A program made the translations under genes and the position numbers. 63,748 nucleotides of DNA from Phoronis australis (taxonomy: Eukaryota; Animalia; Phoronida). This document shows, one piece after another, positions 60,504-63,748 of this stretch. The notes under the pieces were generated by a model. It worked only from the letters and a program-made list of their open reading frames with translations. It made no database searches and was not told the DNA's origin. Each line of letters begins with the position of its first letter. Position 1 is the stretch's first letter. The DNA lies in the NCBI GenBank assembly GCA_002633005.1, contig NMRA01000428.1, positions 21,335 through 85,082 on the forward strand, given 5' to 3'.

Positions 60504-63172
60504 CTTATGCAAACTCCCCTAGTGTAAGTCCTGCCTTTGACCTCTTGGACCACATCAAATCAAATTGACCTGTTCTCTGTCTCGCTATCATTAGGAGGCT
60601 CTCAAAGCTGAAAACAGTTCTCTGGCTCGCTGTCATATATAGGAGGCTCTCAAAGCTGAAAACAGGTGGCTGCAACATGCGTTACTCTCAAGCATGTTTG
60701 ACAAAGCTTGACTCACTGTTAATGCACTCACGTTGAGAAAATTTGTGTAGAAGCCCCTCATTTCGCTCAGGGTCTGAACTCGTTCCACAAGGGTAGGTTA
60801 ATTAGGATACTGGTGCCCCCGTCTTTGTACACAACTTTTAACTCGACCTAGGACCTAGGGTGATGACACCATCTGTATGCCTGGCCACAGACAGTGTTGT
60901 TTTTCACTGGAACTATATATTTATGGATGTAGGCATATTTTTGGCAAATGTAAGCCTGTGTTGACCCAAAACATCCTGTTGTAGTCAGCACAAGCTAATT
61001 TATGAATAACTGTCAACATTAAACAAGAAAAATGCAACAGTTGAAATGACCGAATGCTTAGGCACATCCCGCTCACAGACAGCCAGATGACTTATCACTG
61101 CCGTACATCAAACGTGAAGCTGAAATGTTAACAAACTGCTGCATACTTGTAACATGATCAGTGTGTAGTAACCTACCTCAACTTGCAGACGCACGACAAC
61201 AGAGACACTGATCCATAATTATGTGGACGCATTATGCCCTCATCTCCGTCAGTCCGGCGTCGGTCTGTCTGGCGTCCGCTGCTCTTTCTCCAAAACCCTT
61301 TGAATTACGTTCATGAAATTTTGCACATATGATCCTTTCATGCATGGGACGGCATGAACATACTTTCAGACAGATCCGACTAATAGTGCGCCCCCTAGTG
61401 GCAATTTTAGTTTTTTATTGTTACCTCTACATCTTCCCACCCATCATCCACCCCTTTATCAACCAAACCTTTCTAAGGATGGTTTTAGAAATAATTGGCA
61501 TGTAAGTTCTTACTATGAAGCTGACGATGATTTTCCGTCAACTTCGGCTGCTTTGGTACCTGCTAATGGCAGTTTTTGTTTTTTTGTACCCATGGCTGTA
61601 TATCCGAAACCATTTACAGAATCTTTGCTTAATTTAGCAAGTGTATTTATATGATGTTGACAACTAAATGACAACAACTTTCGGATGGATCTGACTTGTG
61701 TGCTCCTTTGTGGCAATTTTAGTTTTTTAGGCTTACCTCTATATCTTCAAATGTCCTCAACGGATTTTTAGAAAATTTGGAATATATGAATCTATTGCTG
61801 AGATGATGCTATCCCCTCGTTTCCGGATGGAATCGAGGTACTTTGCGTAACCTAGTGGCCATTTTCCCTGTTGGCATATACGTTTTTAGTGTGAAGAAGA
61901 CGGTTGACGATATCGAATTGGACTACTGTGGCTCCTAATAGTAGTTTTGTTAAATTTGTTTTGCGGTCATAGCTGCATCTCCTAAACACACTGCAGGATC
62001 TTTATTAAATTTAGTAATTGTATTGATGTGAAGCTAACAACAGACGACGACGTTTTTCAGGCAGATCCTATGAATGCTGTGCCCCATAGTGGCAATTTTA
62101 TTTTTTTTTGTTTCTCTGAAGTTCGTTGACGGATTTTTATGAAATTTGGTAAATAGCGTTGAGGCATTATCCCGTTTTCAGGTGATTGGATGTTTTTTGT
62201 GCCATCTAGTGGTGGTGCATTCGTGGGCGCATTTCAACGCTCCGTGTTGCTCTTGTTTCCAATCTCAATAGCTGCTTCCTGAAATAAAATTCCACGCAGC
62301 ACATCCTCTGATTCTGCGTTATTTACCCTTAATGCATTGGTACACTCGTGCCCTGCTTATTACCAATCTATTTTTAATTAAGGTTTTGTAATTAAGCATC
62401 TTGATGCCTAAAGCTTTTGTGTTGCATACTATGTAGCAATACGGACATACTATGTAGCAATACGGACATACTATGTTGCAATACGGACATACTATGTAGC
62501 AATACGAACATACTATGTAGCAATACGAACATACTATGTAGCAATACGGACATACTATGTAGCAATACGGACATACTATGTAGCAATACGGACATACTAT
62601 GTAGTAATATGGACATCAAAAAATGAAAAGCTGTGGAGGCACAATGACACGACTAAGCTTTGAAGTGTTTCAGGTGTTTTAACTGCTTAATTGAAAATTA
62701 GGCTTCACATTAAATGCAGATTTCTATCTCGTCCATAGATAAGGAGAGCCAAACCTGGGATGCGGGAATAGTTAACAGACCCATGGGCTAATACTCAGAT
62801 GGAGGCCCTAACAATAACATATTATAGTAATAATGGTAATAATTCTAACAATTAAAAAATAACTGTTAACATAGTGAAGATTAACTTGCTAGTGGCTGTG
62901 TAACATGATTGGCCCATCGAAATATACAATACTGGAATTGCTTATAAAAAATAAAAAATAAAATTTCCGCTGCTTTTCAGAATCGACTTGTGACCAGAAG
63001 TTATCTGACCTTAAGAAGAAAACAACCTCCGACGCCGATGCTGTGGCCAAGAATAAGTTCGGCTCCAATAAGATGAAATTGGAGCCAGGCTCGTGTATGA
63101 AGGTGAAACTAGAAGTGGAGGGACAGAACCATCTGCGTGCCAACCTTGAAGAGAGGGAGCTGTGCGTAAAAC
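7199..63172 (+). CDS. Giant uncharacterised multidomain protein (M23/LECT2-like, SAP-like, beta-rich, PAN/Apple, about 15 FN3/Ig-like repeats); 46 non-redundant exons, partial at both ends
   Basis: Chain of GT-AG exons with matching phases and no internal stops, broken only at the N at 47297. About 8,970 coding nt traced. Recurring D-x-T-P-P / W..F.D.ESGI..Y / YY.V.A.N.AG motifs. Confidence 0.88.
7719..8264. repeat. 27-bp minisatellite (GGCCTGCATAAGCTTAATGAGATATTT), at least 20 copies, with an N at 8201
   Basis: Near-perfect intronic tandem array. Confidence 0.97.
8524..8654 (+). CDS. Giant gene exon 2 (ECNDRIVTHLG...GEFMN)
   Basis: TTGTAG acceptor phase 0, AG|GTGAAC donor phase 2; links exons 1 and 3 in frame. 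Confidence 0.75.
9088..9213 (+). CDS. Giant gene exon 3 (YRAPEPPYRP...ALLGG)
   Basis: Phase 2/2, GTAAGT donor. Confidence 0.72.
9238..9410. repeat. Degenerate tandem repeat of about 29 bp, about 6 copies
   Basis: AACTGGTGCTGTAGCAGAAGCTTAGTTAT units. Confidence 0.85.
10357..10502 (+). CDS. Giant gene exon 4 (TSKIWKIAERF...KLQACA)
   Basis: Phase 2/1; TCCAG acceptor, G|GTGGGC donor. Confidence 0.75.
11331..11462 (+). CDS. Giant gene exon 5 (SAP-like helix-loop-helix motif)
   Basis: NPQTWSPSTINRKLRKYGKDGYGYRGALINKL; phase 1/1, GTGAGT donor. Confidence 0.8.
12199..12414 (+). CDS. Giant gene exon 6 (Cys-rich)
   Basis: CPHFLGG...YCEPHFDCMGLTCAV; phase 1/1. Confidence 0.85.
12544..12765 (+). CDS. 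Giant gene exon 7
   Basis: TTTTGCAG acceptor, G|GTACGT donor, phase 1/1. Confidence 0.82.
12848..13050. mobile_element. Repeat element starting CACGGGCGGATCCAG with internal GAAAGTTGCAGGAAACTT repeats (shorter copy A)
   Basis: Terminus resembles those at 107 and 63714; longer copy at 13953-14330. Confidence 0.5.
13261..13406 (+). CDS. Giant gene exon 8, duplicate (haplotype) copy A
   Basis: Same peptide as 16845-16990, with 4 synonymous differences. Confidence 0.6.
13856..13951 (+). CDS. Giant gene exon 9, duplicate copy A truncated at the N at 13952
   Basis: Matches 17440-17535. Confidence 0.5.
13953..14330. repeat. Degenerate GAAAGTTGCAGGAAACTT / GAAAAAGTGTTTGC array (copy B of the 12848 element)
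   Basis: Restarts after the N, matching 12905 onward, then extends further. Confidence 0.7.
14930..15360 (+). mobile_element. 5'-truncated LINE remnant: ORF2 C-terminal Cys/His domain plus A-rich tail
   Basis: ENYL...CANHRL..TG...RACTLC...VE.EY(H/P)FLLVC...IR motif, one in-frame stop, ends in AAATAAATAAAAGAAA. Partial allelic copy at 13048-13218. Confidence 0.75.
16845..16990 (+). CDS. Giant gene exon 8 (GESDNALNARGMQALPLVDL...AIASN)
   Basis: TTCCAG acceptor phase 1, GTAAGA donor phase 0. Confidence 0.82.
17440..17605 (+). CDS. Giant gene exon 9 (MNVVEYL...FMAGPVPIKV)
   Basis: CTCCAG acceptor, G|GTGAGT donor. Confidence 0.85.
18023..18251 (+). CDS. Giant gene exon 10 (Gly-rich amphipathic beta region)
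   Basis: FGAGGSLGAFMG...QQFPLDL; phase 1/2, GTGAGT donor. Confidence 0.85.
18608..20055. mobile_element. Non-autonomous pogo/Tigger-like (Tc1/mariner superfamily) element, about 1.45 kb
   Basis: TA-flanked TIRs CTGTATTCGCCGTAATAACCGC / GCGGTTATTACGGCGAATACGG; subterminal TAAGCGCCC repeats; no transposase ORF. Confidence 0.85.
20730..20964 (+). CDS. Giant gene exon 11 (GGMDLILTPLRLEL...TKTRRSGQPCK)
   Basis: Phase 2/0. Confidence 0.85.
22377..22505 (+). CDS. Giant gene exon 12 (first FN3-like repeat, HYAVGTYKGGND)
   Basis: Phase 0/0, GTAAGT donor. Confidence 0.85.
22853..23435. mobile_element. MITE with imperfect inverted termini of about 65 bp
   Basis: TAGTCCGG...TTTACACCCTGGATTAAAGCACCGAAGTTGGTACAC is mirrored by GTGTGCCAAATTTGGTGCTTTGATCCGAGGTGTAAA...CTGGACTA. 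Confidence 0.75.
23872..24074 (+). CDS. Giant gene exon 13 (DWTQMS...FFTVRAKN...DNTLPEGRV)
   Basis: Phase 0/2, GTAAGT donor. Confidence 0.87.
25046..25193 (+). CDS. Giant gene exon 14
   Basis: GSVIAFEDSPL...NSLE; phase 2/0. Confidence 0.82.
25746..25877. repeat. 67-bp direct repeat, 2 copies
   Basis: TCACAGGTGTGTACCGCACG...CTGTACGGTGC occurs twice. Confidence 0.9.
26816..27016 (+). CDS. Giant gene exon 15: PAN/Apple module
   Basis: SPAACAKKCLNYGRKCIAIEYDVVNKACLL shows the C-x3-C...C...C PAN pattern; phase 0/0. Confidence 0.87.
28017..28160 (+). CDS. Giant gene exon 16, copy A
   Basis: VDLKQSAGWSYYERL...NSLGYR; phase 0/0. Confidence 0.7.
28336..28591 (+). CDS. Giant gene exon 17, copy A
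   Basis: NFINPG...IDFTPPEP...TSYLN; phase 0/1. Confidence 0.7.
29422..29565 (+). CDS. Giant gene exon 16, copy B (haplotype duplicate)
   Basis: Offset 1405 from copy A, 3 synonymous differences. Confidence 0.7.
29741..29996 (+). CDS. Giant gene exon 17, copy B (haplotype duplicate)
   Basis: Offset 1405 from copy A. Confidence 0.7.
29981..30532. repeat. 40-bp minisatellite, about 14 copies, containing the exon 17 end and splice donor
   Basis: Unit ACAAGTTATCTCAATG|GTAATGTGTCTTCAGTACTGAACT. Confidence 0.95.
31550..31752 (+). CDS. Giant gene exon 18 (NWDEYEDKDSGMFGYTW)
   Basis: Phase 1/0, GTGAGT donor. Confidence 0.87.
32055..32223 (+). CDS. Giant gene exon 19 (IDITPP)
   Basis: Phase 0/1. 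Confidence 0.87.
32477..32653 (+). CDS. Giant gene exon 20
   Basis: LSLVEFGLGRSKYD...WIRMQVLNN; phase 1/1. Confidence 0.87.
32982..33159 (+). CDS. Giant gene exon 21 (VDKSPPIAGDVYDG...HWQNFFDPHSGI)
   Basis: Canonical repeat motif; phase 1/2; not in the ORF track. Confidence 0.87.
33335..33407 (-). mobile_element. Possible tRNA-derived SINE head (degenerate)
   Basis: Minus strand has A-box-like TGGTTCGCTGGT and B-box-like GGTTTGAATCC at tRNA-like spacing; no full cloverleaf. Confidence 0.35.
34553..34746 (+). CDS. Giant gene exon 22
   Basis: YYIRMGSTLGGYD...YYTMVTASNRG...SSNG; phase 2/1. Confidence 0.87.
35080..35190 (+). CDS. Giant gene exon 23 (VDLTPPTTGTVTDG)
   Basis: Phase 1/1. Confidence 0.87.
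35769..36039 (+). CDS. Giant gene exon 24 (FADPESNI...IDLTPP)
   Basis: Phase 1/2. Confidence 0.87.
37234..37348 (+). CDS. Giant gene exon 25 (SWEYVDAESGIAEY)
   Basis: Phase 2/0; not in the ORF track. Confidence 0.85.
38053..38244 (+). CDS. Giant gene exon 26 (YYFSVTAING...IDVTPP)
   Basis: Phase 0/0, GTAAGC donor. Confidence 0.87.
39700..39936 (+). CDS. Giant gene exon 27 (YWSGFDYESGITKYYVAIG)
   Basis: Phase 0/0. Confidence 0.88.
40730..40958 (+). CDS. Giant gene exon 28
   Basis: YYISVKCVNGAG...PGVVFDG...FKSEACGI; phase 0/1. Confidence 0.87.
41160..41560. mobile_element. pogo/Tigger-like MITE, about 400 bp
   Basis: TA-flanked TIRs CCTGTATTTTCTGTAGATAAGCCC / GGGCTTATCTACGGAAAACCCCAG. Confidence 0.7.
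41713..41840 (+). CDS. Giant gene exon 29 (YDWGIGSQAGYTDL)
   Basis: Phase 1/0. Confidence 0.85.
42604..42814 (+). CDS. Giant gene exon 30 (SDGVKLDSAPP)
   Basis: Phase 0/1. Confidence 0.86.
43187..43314 (+). CDS. Giant gene exon 31 (YYRVGRLPGAGDLKDW)
   Basis: Phase 1/0, GTAAGA donor. Confidence 0.85.
44931..45117 (+). CDS. Giant gene exon 32 (GITVDVTPP)
   Basis: Phase 0/1, GTAAGT donor. Confidence 0.86.
45216..45330. repeat. 38-bp tandem repeat, 3 copies
   Basis: TACGATAGACTCAGTTCTACATTGTATTGCTGATATCA. Confidence 0.92.
45644..45864 (+). CDS. Giant gene exon 33
   Basis: MAIAVGTSHNSTD...YFATLHVKNRVG; phase 1/0. Confidence 0.86.
46166..46290 (+). CDS. Giant gene exon 34 (LEWDAFTD)
   Basis: Phase 0/2, GTAAGT donor. 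Confidence 0.84.
46283..46597. repeat. Tandem repeat of about 79 bp, about 4 copies, starting at the exon 34 donor
   Basis: CTTGACAG|GT...GTTACTGACATGTTTTGCACAT units at 46283, 46371, 46449 and 46528. Confidence 0.88.
46830..46950 (+). CDS. Giant gene exon 35 (YEIALGT...GLNLAAGKEFK)
   Basis: Phase 2 acceptor; donor after 46950 (alternative after 46936). Confidence 0.8.
47298..47796 (+). CDS. Giant gene exon 36, 5' end lost in the gap at N 47297
   Basis: YYPIVKAIN...IDLTEP...KWRGWRDDESGIDFY...LDDTAP; G|GTATAA donor. Confidence 0.87.
48323..48429 (+). CDS. Giant gene exon 37 (GTIVDGDNWYKDVIY)
   Basis: Phase 1/0. Confidence 0.84.
49269..49470 (+). CDS. Giant gene exon 38
   Basis: LDCPNSK...NFMKCA is open; phase 0/1. 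Confidence 0.78.
49791..50014 (+). CDS. Giant gene exon 39
   Basis: Phase 1/0, GTGAGT donor. Confidence 0.83.
51275..51449 (+). CDS. Giant gene exon 40 (Thr/Ser-rich mucin-like loop)
   Basis: STTTAVPTTTIVMETTT...GFGLTFF; phase 0/1. Confidence 0.82.
51835..51985. repeat. 37-bp tandem repeat, about 4 copies
   Basis: CAAACATGGCCACTGTATCYATGCTGAAGTGTCAGTC. Confidence 0.9.
52776..52991 (+). CDS. Giant gene exon 41
   Basis: Phase 1/1, GTAAGC donor. Confidence 0.83.
53651..54238 (+). CDS. Giant gene exon 42 (FYDFESHI, CxxCxxxCxxxCxxxC, GITVDVTPP)
   Basis: TTCCAG acceptor, G|GTAATC donor, phase 1/1. Confidence 0.87.
54428..54510. repeat. Imperfect (CA)n microsatellite
   Basis: Direct. Confidence 0.92.
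54700..55722. mobile_element. Degenerate array of 120-175 bp units, Helentron/HINE-like (duplicate copy at about 56503-57322)
   Basis: Recurring ATGAAACTT...GTATATGA...GCA(C)C..TAGT(A/G)GCCATTTT units; ends in ...GCAATTGTT. Confidence 0.5.
56083..56324 (+). CDS. Giant gene exon 43, copy A
   Basis: AMWNVIEMESLMADY...YYVALRATNAAG; phase 1/0. Confidence 0.72.
57672..57913 (+). CDS. Giant gene exon 43, copy B (haplotype duplicate)
   Basis: Identical peptide, one synonymous change. Confidence 0.72.
58220..58373 (+). CDS. Giant gene exon 44
   Basis: LSTTAPDV...IRVNWGDV; phase 0/1, GTGAGT donor. Confidence 0.82.
59065..59250. repeat. 37-bp tandem repeat, 5 copies
   Basis: TCACACTCATAGTCAGTGAGTTGTCAATAGTTTGGTC. 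Confidence 0.95.
59459..59572 (+). CDS. Giant gene exon 45
   Basis: TTTTCCAG acceptor, G|GTATGC donor, phase 1/1. Confidence 0.72.
59851..59990. repeat. 15-bp minisatellite, about 9 copies
   Basis: GTTTCTATGCATGTT. Confidence 0.95.
60457..60502. repeat. (GT)n microsatellite
   Basis: Direct. Confidence 0.95.
61200..62257. mobile_element. Helentron-associated (HINE/pearl-like) non-autonomous element with a degenerate internal array
   Basis: TCCG/GTCY microsatellite near 61245-61280, then units of about 150 bp (ATGAAATTT...GCCCCCTAGTGGC), ending ...GCTCTTGTTT. Confidence 0.5.
62425..62616. repeat. 21-bp minisatellite, about 9 copies
   Basis: CATACTATGTAGCAATACGGA. Confidence 0.95.
62981..63172 (+). 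CDS. Giant gene exon 46; gene continues past the window
   Basis: CTTTTCAG acceptor phase 1, open frame (KLEPGSCMKVKLEVEGQNHL), C|GTAAGA donor. Confidence 0.75.
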
Positions 63173-63275
63173 GTAAGACATAGCCTTGTGAATTCTTTGA
63201 CCAGACCCGGGGTTTAATCTTTTTACTCAAAATTGCAGATTTCTAACCTCTGTGCTTGAAACTCGACTGTAGGGG

Positions 63276-63511
63276 CCAGGTTTAATCTTTGTACTCAGAA
63301 TTGAACTCTAATTTTTTTGGCATTTTCTTTTCTGCTTTTGTTCGAACTCAAAATAAATGTTCTGTGCTTGAGTTCATGTCGTTTTCATTCTAGTTTGCAC
63401 TCATATTTCTAAGACCATAATGTACCTGAGCACAGAATAATAATTATTTTGAGTTTGCAAATGCAAAAAATAATTTCAAGTTCGATTTCAAGTACAAAGA
63501 TTAGTCCCTGG
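63276..63511. mobile_element. Small foldback MITE
   Basis: CCAGGTTTAATCTTTGTACT / AGTACAAAGATTAGTCCCTGG, plus inner arms AACTCAAAATAA..TTCTGTGCT / AGCACAGAA..TTATTTTGAGTT. Confidence 0.65.
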
Positions 63512-63713
63512 AACCAGACGTAGATGTCTGTTATTGACATTTGCCTATTTTGAGTTGGATCCACTTAAAATTACGCTGCCTAGCAGCATTTTAACCTTTC
63601 CTTCTGCCTATCTTTCTTTGAAACACTTCAATGATTTTAATAGATGAAACACAGTTTTGATGCTTTGGCAATAGGTTGGTATCTATCAATTTCCAGAGCA
63701 TTTGATGCAACCC

Positions 63714-63748
63714 CAGGGGCAGATCCAGGATTTTTATTTAGGGGGGGG
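63714..63748 (+). mobile_element. Start of a hAT-like MITE (CAGGGGCAGATCCAGG...GGGGGGGG)
   Basis: Same terminus class as 1-107; the window ends inside it. Confidence 0.55.

Overview
AT-rich, intron-rich animal genomic DNA, most likely a marine invertebrate; the short six-frame ORFs are mostly exon fragments or repeat artefacts. Two + strand spliced genes can be rebuilt from GT-AG sites with matching phases. (1) 129-3501: a 4-exon trypsin-like serine protease of about 324 aa with an intact His/Asp/Ser triad and FAM111-type motifs. (2) From at least 7199 to beyond 63172: a giant uncharacterised gene, open at both ends, with 46 non-redundant exons traced (about 2,990 codons, plus sequence lost at the N at 47297). 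Its order is: degenerate M23/LECT2-like domain, SAP-like motif, Cys-rich region, Gly-rich amphipathic beta region, basic KTRR site, then about 15 FN3/Ig-like 'D-x-T-P-P...W..F.D.ESGI..Y' repeats. One repeat carries an inserted PAN/Apple module and another a large insert with a mucin-like loop. Three exon-containing blocks appear twice, each pair joined at a single N, and are best explained as uncollapsed haplotypes; all 9 exonic differences are synonymous. Introns hold a deleted mariner, several MITEs, a LINE 3' remnant, Helentron/HINE-like arrays with CTCF-like motifs and many minisatellites, four of them built on splice sites. No rRNA, intact tRNA or CRISPR was seen. All domain calls come from motif recognition by eye, not from database searches.
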